A DNA stretch of 64,000 nt, taken from Macrostomum lignano (lineage: Eukaryota). The position numbers were made by a program, and so were the translations under genes. This document shows positions 30,650-50,500 of this stretch, in pieces (position 1 is the first letter of the stretch; each line of letters begins with the position of its first letter). The notes beneath the pieces were generated by a model. It ran no database searches. It was not told the origin of the DNA and was given only the letters and a program-made list of their open reading frames with translations. The stretch spans positions 231,719 to 295,718 of the forward strand of contig NIVC01000645.1 of assembly GCA_002269645.1 (NCBI GenBank). Reading direction: 5' to 3'.

Positions 30650-31500
30650 TGTTTGACATGGCGGCTCTTTTAGGTTTGAGATGGTAGCTCTTTTATGTTT
30701 GAGATGGTAGCTCTTCTATGTTTGACATGGTAGCTCTTTTATGTTTGAGATGGTAGCTCTTTTATGTTTGAGATGGTAGCTCTTCTATGTTTGACATGGT
30801 AGCTCTTTTATGTTTGAGATGGTAGCTCTTTTATGTTTGAGATGGTAGCTCTTTAATGTTTTACATGGTGGCTCTTCAATTTTTGACATGGTGGCTCTTC
30901 AATTTTTGACATGGTGGCTCTTTTATGTTTGACATGGAGTCACGTATATGTTTGACATGGAGTCACGTATTTGTTTGACATGGAGTCACGTATATGTTTG
31001 ACATGGAGTCACGTATATGTTTGACATGGAGTCACGTATATGTTTGACATGGAGTCACGTATATGTTTGACATGGAGTCACGTATATGTTTGACATGGAG
31101 TCACGTATATGTTTGACATGGAGTCACGTATATGTTTGACATGGAGTCACGTATATGTTTGACATGGAGTCACGTATATGTTTGACATGGAGTCACGTAT
31201 ATGTTTGACATGGAGTCACGTATATGTTTGACATGGAGTCACGTATATGTTTGACATGGAGTCACGTATATGTTTGACATGGAGTCACGTATATGTTTGA
31301 CATGGAGTCACGTATATGTTTGACATGGAGTCACGTATATGTTTGACATGGAGTCACGTATATGTTTGACATGGAGTCACGTATATGTTTGACATGGAGT
31401 CATGTATATGTTTGACATGGTAGCTCTTCTATGTTTGACATTGTTGGCTCTTCTATGTTTAGAATGATGGCTCTTTTATGTTCGACATTGCGCTTCTTTT
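30650..31500. repeat. 23-bp minisatellite (atgtttgacatggagtcacgtat core, ..gtagctctttt flanks)
   Basis: Tandem array with a homogeneous centre. Confidence 0.95.
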
Positions 31501-31684
31501 ATGTTTAGCATTTTGTGTTTTTAAGGCGTTTTAATAATAAAAAATTTTACACCACTAAGATTCGAACCCAGGTCGCTACATTAGCAGTCTAGTCTGTTTG
31601 CATCTAGGTTATCTCTTTTCAATTGGAGAACATGAATTGTGGCCCTTATAATTCAATACTTACAGCAAGTCAGTTAGAGTACAA

Positions 31685-31850
31685 CTAGCAATCTTCGCCC
31701 CCCCCCCCGATGGGGGGCATCTAGATAGAATCTCTGGCTCTCTACAAGTATCAAAAAGACGGCCAAAAAAGTCTTCACATAGACAATAGAAAAACTGCTC
31801 AAATGAAGTGCAATGCAAAAAGAAAACATCCTAGGACAGCAAGCAACCCT
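31685..31850 (-). mobile_element. Second copy of the Helitron-like 3' end
   Basis: a|ctagcaatcttcgccccc..gatggggg..catctagatagaat..tctacaagta aligns with 29076-29230. Confidence 0.45.
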
Positions 31851-32433
31851 TTAACATTGAGCGATTTCTTAGCAGAGATGCATGTACCGTCCCAGGAAAA
31901 TTCTGATCGAATGGTGCAAGTTGGAAGAAAATCGGTTGAGCCTCCTATAGGAAGGAAGACTGTGTTTGATGTAACTGAGACGCCATTGCAGATTAAATCA
32001 AATGAAAAATAACTAATGTTTTGACTGCAGAAGTTGCATAAACATTAGTGCGCTGGGTCATCATAAAGAACTCCCTAACCTAGGACTGCAGCTGGAGAGG
32101 TCCTTGACCAGATCAGATTAAACGGTGTCCACAATGCTATACTGACGCACAGCGAGAGCCCCAATTAGTTTGAGTGCCCTCAAGCCTGGAGCATCCATGA
32201 GCAGGCCGCTCAGGCCACTTCCATTCCCTGGACTGCACCCGTCACAAAGCAGCCGAACTGAGACAGGGAAGGGGACTCCGGTCAAAACATTGACAGGTTT
32301 ATTAAGTTTATCAAGCTGTTTCCTCATAAAATGCTGCCGGAGAACCTCATCTGCAGTGCATGCAGTATACTACCGATAGTAATGCGATGCGAAAATGCAT
32401 TTCCAGACCTATTGAAAGCGTTACATACGGATC

Positions 32434-32767
<334 letters not shown>

Positions 32768-33813
32768 GCACTTCCCCAAAGCCCAGAGCAGCCTGAGCTC
32801 AGTGCAGCTGAATTCCATTGTCCCTGCCAGTGAGCTACAAATGCAAGGTTTTCTGCCTTCCAAGCCCCTTCAGTTCAGCCTGTGCAGAAATTCCCAGAAG
32901 AAAAAAGAGATACACAGGTTTTGAGATGCTGGGGACTCCCCATCACATTTCCGCAGGCTTTCTCCCCAGCAGCACTCAGTCTCCATGCATTCTTCCAGCA
33001 GCTGCAGTGCTGAGTGGCTGCAGGTAGCCTCAGAGGGCAGCGCAGCTCCTGACAGTTCCAGAATTTTCATTCTTTTTTTCGCTTTTCATACCGGCCTCCG
33101 CGGCTCCAAGTTGTGTTCTGCTGGCAGCTGCGGACATAGATGCCGCTCTGCTCTCAGTTCTTTTCTACTGTACCATCTACCTACTCTACTGTAATATCTA
33201 CCTAATCTACTGTAATATCTTTCTACTCTACTGTAATATCTACCTACTCTACTGTAATATCTACATAATCTACTGTAATCTCTACCTAATCTACTGTACT
33301 ATCTACCTAAATCTACTGTAATACGAGTTTCTACCTAATCGACCGTAAACTTTACCTAATCTACTGCACTTTTACTACTAAAGTTCTCTAATAGGTTATT
33401 TGCACCACTAATCCGTGGTGACAGTACTTTACTTACATAAAACCCACGGCGATTGCTCATGCTAAATGGTCTCCAATCAGTCACATCGAGCCGTTATACT
33501 CGCTGAGCCCCTTTATCAGTCACGAACGGCGAACTCAATCCACCTCCCCTAACAAAACTAAGCAAAGAAATCAAAATCCAATGTTAATTTGCAGCAGATA
33601 GAACAAGCTTTATTCAAGCTTATCAAAACATATTACAGAGAGAAGTTTATCAGAAACCGGAGACGTGCAAAGTTCATAATTTTTCACCAGATTGTCTCAA
33701 CAATTAGTGCAGCTCACTTTTGGCAAATTAGTGTATTATTACACTCGACAGCAGTTCAAAACAAGGAATATTAAATTTTGTCTTTTAGGTCAGATTTGGA
33801 CAATGCCGTGCCG

Positions 33814-34713
33814 TTACTTTGAGTAGTATGAATTCACCAGCTCCTCCAGTGAGTTGCCCTGCTGGCCACCGCTAGGCAGCGCCGCAGGCGGCACGTAGCG
33901 CCTCTTCCAGGCGCTCTTGCGTTCCAGACTGTCAACCAGGCGTAAAAAGCGCGGATCTAACTGGGGTAGGCGGAGAGGACTCGTGATTGGCTGGGCAGTT
34001 TGGTCGACTCTCATTGGCTGGGCGGCTAGATTTCTTCTCATCGGCCAGGAGGCTAGATCGTTTCTTATTGGCTGGGCGGCTAGGTCACCTCTCATTGGCT
34101 GAGCGGCTTGATCGCTTTTCATTGGCTGAGCGGCTTGATCGACTCTAATTGGCCGAGGCGAGTTTTTCTCTCGGTCTCTGATTGGTCGAGATGTCATCGA
34201 TGAGGACAAAGACGGAAATTTGCTATCGCCAGCCCCAAAGCTGCTGGAAAGCGAATCCAGACCGCCGCTTTCACCTCCGTTACTGCCTTCGGCGTCTGTA
34301 GCAGTTGTTTTCGTGAGCAGGTCGCTGCCGCCGCTGTAGCCCAGAGACACCGATCGTCTGATGCCTTCTCGCTCTCGCCGGAGCCGCTTCTGCTGCTGAG
34401 ACAGGGCCGCAATTCGCCCTAGCAATGGTTGCTTAGCAACGCTGATCAGGCTATCCCCGTAGCCGGTGAGCAGGCAGTCCGGCAGGATGTCCAGCGACCT
34501 GCTGTACCCGAGTCGGTGCAGACTCTGAAGGTGCAAAGTCTGACGTATGGCGAACTGCTTCATCCAGGTGGTGTCGGAGGCCTCCTGGCTGAGCTGCTGC
34601 TGCTCCAGCTGGGCCAGCGACAGCCGCAGCCGCTGCTCCTCCTGGCTGTTGGGGCCGGAGATCACGGCTGGCACCCTGCTGACCAGCTGCGCCTTGCGCT
34701 GCCGCTGACTCAT
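33814..34713 (-). CDS. Uncharacterised 299-aa protein (N-terminal coiled coil, internal 9-aa repeats)
   Basis: Uninterrupted 900-nt ORF with gccATG start and non-repetitive coding-like composition (EEQRLRLSLAQLEQQQ, LPQLDPRFLRLVDSL). Family not recognised. Confidence 0.65.
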   Translation of the reverse strand: MSQRQRKAQLVSRVPAVISGPNSQEEQRLRLSLAQLEQQQLSQEASDTTWMKQFAIRQTLHLQSLHRLGYSRSLDILPDCLLTGYGDSLISVAKQPLLGRIAALSQQQKRLRREREGIRRSVSLGYSGGSDLLTKTTATDAEGSNGGESGGLDSLSSSFGAGDSKFPSLSSSMTSRPIRDREKNSPRPIRVDQAAQPMKSDQAAQPMRGDLAAQPIRNDLASWPMRRNLAAQPMRVDQTAQPITSPLRLPQLDPRFLRLVDSLERKSAWKRRYVPPAALPSGGQQGNSLEELVNSYYSK

Positions 34714-34714
34714 G

Positions 34715-35120
34715 GCAGGTGCCTGTCTGTGTCAGGTGAGCCTGTCTGTGTAAGGTGCCTGTCTATGTCAGGTGAGCCTGTCTGTGTCAGGTGCCTGTCT
34801 GTGTCAGGTGACTGTCTGTGTCAGGTGAGCCTGTCTGTGTAAGGTGCCTGTCTATGTCAGGTGTACCTGTCTGTGTCAGGTATGCCTGTCTGTGTCAGGT
34901 GACTGTCTGTGTCAGGTGCCTGTCTGTCTCATGTGCCTGCCTGTCTGTCTCAGGTGCGTGTTTATGCCAGGTGAACCTGTCTGTGTCAGGTGACTGTCTC
35001 AGGTGCGTGTCTGTGTCAGGTGCCTGTCTGTCTGAGGTGCCTGTCTGTGTCAGGTGACTGTCTCAGGTGCGTGTCTGTGTTAGTGCCTGTCTGTCTGAGG
35101 TGCCTGTCTGTCTCGGATAC
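34715..35120. repeat. Degenerate tgtcaggtgcctgtctg repeat immediately upstream of the 299-aa ORF
   Basis: Tandem copies. Confidence 0.88.
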
Positions 35121-35639
35121 CTGTCTTCAGAAGGTCTTCAGGTACTTATTTTCAGGAGTCTGTCTCAGGTGTCCGACAGAGTTCGTCCCAACACACGGCT
35201 CAAATAAACTTTTGTCAATTGTAAAAAGCAATTCTGCCTGTCCGACTGTCTCCTCTCTGACAGGTCGGGGTGGGTTGTGAGCCGCTTGGCCGTGATGCTG
35301 ACTTGGCTTCTGAGAAAAAAATAACTCTTCCCGCGCCACTGGATCTGTTGCTATAGTGAATGGGGCGAGGCTGGGGGATGGGGGATGCTGCATTTGTAAG
35401 CGCCAATGAGAGAAAATGCCCGGATGCTGATTCGTGAGAGAGAAGTACTGATGAAGAGAAGGAAGATTCTGGGAGGGGCCAGGTGGGGCTGATGAGGGAC
35501 AGCCTCGCGGGGCTTTGGGTGGGATTTGACTAGGAAAAATTCCCCAGCCTCCCAGAACCTGCGGTTTATTAAAGAAGTGACAATTGTTGTGGAAAGCTCA
35601 GTGAGAGTTGTCAGCTGGCGATAGCTGACGGATGGCAGA

Positions 35640-35900
35640 TCAGACAGCAGGTACAACAGATGTAGACAGCAGGTACAACAGGTGTAGACAGCAGGTACAA
35701 CAGGTGTAGACAGCAGGTACAACAGGTGTAGACAGCAGGTACAACAGGTGTAGACAGAAGGTACAACAGGTGTAGACAGCAGGTACAACAGGTGTAGACA
35801 GCAGGTACAACAGGTGTAGACAGCAGGTACAACAGGTGTAGACAGCAGGTACAACAGGTGTAGAAAGCAAGTACAACAGGTGTAGACAGCAGGTACAACA
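35640..35900. repeat. 22-bp minisatellite (gacagcaggtacaacaggtgta)
   Basis: About 11 copies. Confidence 0.95.
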
Positions 35901-36357
35901 GGTTTAGATAGCAGCTGTTGCGTTGCACAGCAAATGTAAAAAGCAATCAGCAAAAGAAGAAGCCAACTCCTGTCGTCGTGGCAACCAGCAATACTTGATG
36001 AATGCTGAGGTTGGTTTATTTAAAAAAGGCGACACCGCCAGCTCATGAATATTGACAGACAAAACAGCGCTGGAGTTGCTGCCAGACTGACTCAAGCAGC
36101 GGCAGGTGCGCAGCTAAATACTCAGCATTTGCCCTCACGCAATCAAACTCTGCTCACAGCCAAGCAAAAATTGTTTCCCAGTCCGATTTTGGAGAGTTTG
36201 GAGACTACAGAATGTGCAGTTGGGAATTAAAGTGATTGGGTATTATCATGCAGACCGGCACATTGAAGGCAATTTATATTATTGTAACATCGATTAGTGC
36301 ATCGAGGTTGTATCAGTGTACATCGGTCCGTACGTAGAAAGTGCATTATAGTTCACA

Positions 36358-36361
<4 letters not shown>

Positions 36362-36394
<33 letters not shown>

Positions 36395-36675
36395 ATGATT
36401 ACACTTGCAGATGTGCAACCGACAGCTCAGCCGCAGCCATTGCGCGGCGCATCTGAAGGCTGCGTACGGCTGTTCAGTCCAAGGACTGGGGGGTCGCCAC
36501 ACACACCCTCAATTACCCCAGCTAATGCTGGCACCCATTTTACAGCTGGGTGAACTGAAGCAATGCAGAGTTAAGTGTCTTGCTTAAGGACACAAATTGT
36601 TTCCGAGTGAGTCGAGAATCGAACCCCCGACCTTTCAGTCGTGAGTCCGACGCTCTGACCACTGGGCTGCAACCC
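36362..36675 (-). mobile_element. tRNA-derived SINE with CORE-like central domain, full length, (TTA)n tail
   Basis: Minus strand reads tRNA-like head (A-box tggtcagagcg, B-box ggttcgattc), then gtgtccttaagcaagacacttaac..tgcttcagttcacccagctgtaaaatggg (resembles the MIR CORE), then a tail ending in (TTA)n. Confidence 0.8.
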
Positions 36676-36975
36676 CTTTGTGACTAGAGTACCGGTACAT
36701 CGAAAGTACATTTGTGTACATTGAAAGTACAGTAGAGTACATTGGTTGTGTACATAAGAGTTATAGTCTAGATGTACATCAACGTGATTATATGAAAAAA
36801 GTACATCACTATGTACGACTAAAGTACACTTGAAGTGCATCGGTAGGAACTATGAATGTACATTTATAATATATTTTACGGCAAAAAGAACTTTCGAATG
36901 TACTAATAGACAATACGTACACAAAGACAAGTACATTGTGCACCAGTTATTGTTATTAAAAGTACCGCTTGTACT

Positions 36976-45541
<8,566 letters not shown>

Positions 45542-45769
45542 ACCTGTGCTCGGCTGGTCTGTGTCAAAATTATGGCCGGCCACGAATGACAGCCGGGTGA
45601 AATACGATTTCCGGACAGGGGCCGGGGGGGGGGGTTAACAGAGGACTCCGGCCAGTGCTTGAGATGAGGCGAAATTCGCTTCCATTGGATGGGACGAATA
45701 TGCAGGCTCGGTGTGCGGAGGCTGGGGTTGGCCAGTGTAGCGGCGAATAGATGAAGGCATCAAAAGGAG

Positions 45770-46420
45770 GGTGACGATGATGAAGTTTCTGATGATTCTG
45801 GAGGGTGATGATGATGAAGCTTCTGATGATTCTGGAGGGTGACGATGATGAAGCTTCTGATGATTCTGGAGGGTGATGATGATGAAGCTACTGATGATTC
45901 TGGAGAGTGACGATGATTAAGCTTCTGATGATTCTGGAGGTGATGATGATGATGAAGCTACTGATGATTCTGGAGAGTGACGATGATTAAGCTTCTGATG
46001 ATTCTGGAGGGTGACGATGATGAAGCTACTGATGATTCTGGAGGTGATGATGATGATGAAGCTACTGATGATTCTGGAGGGTGACGATGATGAAGCTACT
46101 GATGATTCTGGAGGTGATGATGATGATGAAGCTACTGGTGATTCTGGAGGGTGACGATGATGAAGCTACTGATGATTCTGGAGGGTGACGATGATGAAGC
46201 TTCTGATGATTCTGGAGGTGATGATGATGATGAAGCTACTGATGATTCTGGAGGGTGACGATGATGAAGCTTCTGATGATTCTGAGGGTTGATGATGATG
46301 AAGCTACTGATGATTCTGCAGGTTGATGATGATGATGAAGCTACTGATGATTCCGCAGGCTGATGATGATGAAGCTACTGATGATTCTGCAGGCTGATGA
46401 TTCTGGAGAGTGATGATGAA
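45770..46420. repeat. ~33-36-bp minisatellite (gatgatgaagctactgatgattctggagggtgac)
   Basis: Tandem array. Confidence 0.93.
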
Positions 46421-46520
46421 GCTTTGGAGAATCGTCAGTTTGGAGAATTTGCAAATGTCAAAGCTGCTTTTTGAATTGCTTGAGCGCTCGATTTTGCAAG
46501 TTGCAGAAGCAGCCATTTAG

Positions 46521-46752
46521 AAGGTCGGGGGTTCGATTCTCGACCCATTCGGAACAATTTGTGTCCTGAGCAAGACACTTAACTCTGCATTGCTTCAGTT
46601 CACCCAGCTGTAAAATGGGTGCCAGCATTAGCTGGGGTAATTGAGGGTGTGTGTGGCGACCCCCCAGTCCTTGGACTGAACAGCCGTACGCAGCCTTCAG
46701 ATGCGCCGCGCAATAGCTGCGGCTGAGCTGTCGGTTGCACATCTGCCCATTA
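46521..46752 (+). mobile_element. 5'-truncated copy of the same SINE (retains B-box)
   Basis: Reverse complement of 36408-36640; starts at aaggtcgggggttcgattctcgac. Confidence 0.8.
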
Positions 46753-47486
46753 GAACAAGTGAAATCAATTAATTTATTATTATCTTAAAACGGAACTCTT
46801 TAAATAGTGACAATTTGCACTGGCTCTGACACGTTCTGCTGCTCAGAGGCTTGAGACTACGGAGAACCCCCCCCCAGTGAGAAGGCACAGAAACCATATT
46901 TTTCCCCGTCATTCGAATTTTCATTATCAAAAGTTGCTTCAACCCAATTCTGATATTTCCTAGCCGACCGAGTGCTCCCAGCAGTGCTGGAGCGCCGCCC
47001 ACTCACCGCAGCCTGGCTGCTCTGTGTAACAGAAATGCCACGGGAGGGGGGGGGAGAGACGAGACGGGATCAGAGCTCAAGACACTCCCTAACTCAGTCC
47101 TCGCCTATTGATTTTCGTCTTGATCAGCGATTTGCGGCTGTTCCCAGCTCACCGCGCTTGACAACCACCCCCTCCTTCCCAGTCCTGTGCCCCCGGCATT
47201 CATGGAGTTTCCAACTGCAGCAGTGCTGGGTAGGCGGGAGCCCACAGCCCCGCACGCGGGAATCAATATATATCGATTCTGCGTTCCCAGCGCTCCCTGT
47301 CTTGCACAAATCGATTCCAATATTTGATATTTTCCCAACTGGAAATATTCGCGCTGAGAAGCTTGGGCTAGAAGACACATACACAATTTTTTAAATAAAA
47401 TTCCTGATATTTTCCGCGCAAAAAAACAGCGAAATGCCGCAACAGCCCCAGCTCGCACTGGAACGCTAGACCGCAGTCAAACTCTG

Positions 47487-47500
47487 GTTACCATGGCAAC
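47487..47500. promoter_or_regulatory. RFX X-box (GTTACCATGGCAAC) overlapping the SLC17 start codon
   Basis: Full match to the GTTRCCATGGYAAC consensus. The central ATG (47493-47495) is the first codon of the transporter ORF. Confidence 0.5.
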
Positions 47501-50500
47501 CGAGGAGGCCAAGAAAGAATCTTCCTCGCCGCCGCCAGACGAAGGCGACGACAAGGCGAGACTGATGGACCAGCTGGACTCCAAGTGCGTCATCCGCAAG
47601 CGCTACGTTGTCTGCCTCCTGTGCTTCCTCGGCATGGTGATCATCCACTCCATGCGGGTGAACATCGCCATCACGGTCGTCACCATCCTGGACAAGGCGC
47701 CGCACGAGAAGGTCGGCAGCAGCAAGCGGGCGCAGGAGCTGCCGGACGTCGACTGGACGCCCACCATGGTCGGCGTGCTGCACTCCGTCTTCTACGTCGG
47801 CTTCCTGATCACCCAGGTGCCCGGCGGTTACCTAGCAACGAAACTGCCGACCAACCGGTGGGCCTGGCATGACATTCATTTGCTCACCTGCACCACTCGC
47901 TCGCGTCTTCGCTCAGCTGTTGCAAGCATGCACGGGCTTGTGCGATGAGTCTGTCTAAGCCCTCCCCAAATCTCCATCTGCTTCTCCCTCTCCATCTCCC
48001 TCTCCCTCTCCCTCTCCCTCTCCCTCTCCCTCTCCCTCTCCCTCTCCCTCTCCCTCTCCCTCTCCCTCTCCCTCTCCCTCTCCCTCTCCCTCTCTCTCTC
48101 CCTCTCCCTCTCCCTCTTCCTTCCTCTCCCTCTCCCTCTACATCTCTCTCCCCTCTACCTCCTCCCTCTCCCTTCTCCCTCTCCCTCTCCTTCTCCTTCT
48201 CTCTCTTCTCCCTCTACCTCTCCCTCTACCCCTCTCTCTGTCTGTCTGTCCCTCTCAGTTTCCTACTCCCTTTCTTTCTTCCTCCCCCTCTCTCTCCCTC
48301 TCCCTCTCCCTCTTCCTCCCTCTCCCTCTCCCTCTACATCTCTCTCCCCTCTACCTCCTCCCTCTCCCTTCTCCCTCTCCCTCTCCTTCTCCTTCTCTCT
48401 CTTCTCCCTCTACCTCTCCCTCTACCCCTCTCTCTGTCTGTCTGTCCCTCTCAGTTTCCTACTCCCTCTCTTTCTTCCTCCCTCTCTCTCTCTCCCTCTT
48501 GAACAGTCTCGTTCCCCTTGTCTCCCAATCCATCCCTATATTGCACTCGTAAGCAGCAGTAAGTCAAGAATGCTTCGCCATCTCCCTGAGCACAGATCGC
48601 CTTAAAGCAGACATGCGCAGTGCAAGGATTTGCCGTCGCCTATCGATTGGCAAATTCTTTAGAATCTGAGCTCCTATAACCCGTGAACTCGAAACTCAAG
48701 CCCACGAGTAGGTTTTATCGAGCGTCAGTACAGAGCTGTGTGTGCAGGTAGACTTGGCTTCAGTGGCTTTTCGAGCTCTCTAGGCGGGGGAAAGACGGAC
48801 AGGTACGGACGGGGGCACTCACGGGAGCAGTCTCAACTGATATGGGTGCCTAATCCGTTGAGACGGATCAAGCATTCGTGCACTTTTGTCAATCCCTGAT
48901 CTCGGTAATCCGCCGTCCCCCCATCCGCGATAAACAGGATATTCGGGCTGTGCATCTGCCTGTCCTGCGCACTGAACCTCCTGCTGCCCACCGCCATCGC
49001 CAATGTGGGCTTCATCTTCACCTGCTCTGTCAGGGTTGTGCAGGGACTGCTGGAGGTGAGGCTGCGGCTGTGTCAGCAAATGCGTCAGCGAATGTGTCAG
49101 CGAATGTGTCAGCGAATGTGTCAGCGAATGTGTCAGCGAATGCGTCAGCAAATGCGTCAGCGAATGTGTCAGCGAATGTGTCAGCGAATGTGTCAGCGAA
49201 TGTGTCAGCGAATGCGTCAGCAAATGCGTCAGCGAATGTGTCAGCAAATGCGTCAGCGAATGTGTCAGCGAATGTGTCAGCGAATGTGTCAAATATACGT
49301 CAGCAAAAATATCAGTGGGCCAGCAAATGTCAGTGAATCCGTTAGTGGATGTATAAGACAATGTGTCAGGCAATGTGTGAGCTAGCGTATCCGTGAATGT
49401 GTCAGTGAATCTATCAGGAAATGTGTCAGCTAGTGTATCCGTAAATGTGTCAGTGAATCTATCAGGGAATGTGTCAGCTAGTGTATCCGTGAATGTGTCA
49501 GTGAATCTATCAGGGAATGTGTCAGCTAGTGTATCCGTAAATGTGTCAGTGAATCTATCAGGGAATGTGTCAGCTAGTGTATCCGTGAATGTATCAGTGA
49601 ATCTATCAGGGAATGTGTCAGCTAGTGTATCCGTGAATGTATCAGTGAATCTATCAGGGAATGTGTCAGCTAGTGTATCCGTGAATGTGTCAGTGAATCT
49701 ATCAGGCAAGGTGTCAGCTAGTGTAACCGTGAATGTGTCATTGAATCTATCAGGGAATGTGTCAGCAAGTGTATCCATGAATGTGTCAGTGAATCTATCA
49801 GGGAATGTGTCAGCTAGTGTAACCGTGAATGTGTCAGTGAATCTATCAGGGAATGTGTCAGCTAGTTCACCTACACAAACATGAACAACCTAAATGAACA
49901 ACCTCGCAGGGAGCCGTGATCCCCACCATGTACAAAATCGTGAACGACTGGTCGCCGAGAATGCAGCGCAGCTCCTTCGCGTCGTTCTGCATCACCGGTG
50001 AGCACTGCAACGCTTTTGAATTGTAAAATCATCAATATTTTGATATTAGCAATATATAAGCACTCTTTGCTACTGTCAGTAGGCGGAAACGCATCAGAGA
50101 ATTCAGATGGATCCAAGGATCCCAAACTGATTCGAATCTGAAATAATGTTTCAAAAATGCACAAACGACCTGGGCTCGCGCACCCCGCAGGCATGTACGC
50201 CGGCGCCATCATCGGGTTTCCCCTGGACGGCATGATCACCCACTACGCCAACTGGCAGTACATGTTCTACATCCACGCCGTCTTCGGCTTCGTCTGGTTC
50301 TTTTTTTGGTTCCTGTTCGTCTACGAGCGTCCCGAGTTCGATCCCTCGGTAAAGGACGACGAGAAAAAGCTGATCATGGCGGGCAGAGACCAGGTGGTCG
50401 AGCTGGACAAGGTGCCTTGGAAAGCAATTTTTACCAGCTTGCCCGTGTGGGCGGTGATGGTGTGCCACTTCGTGCGCAGCTGGATGTTCTTCTTCCTACT

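Noticed and set aside
35972-35986. Degenerate X-box GTCGTCGTGGCAAC upstream of the 299-aa ORF
   Set aside because: Three mismatches to consensus; too weak without a TSS.
36600-36675. tRNA gene
   Set aside because: A and B boxes are present but the anticodon stem does not pair, and the sequence continues into a repeated SINE body.
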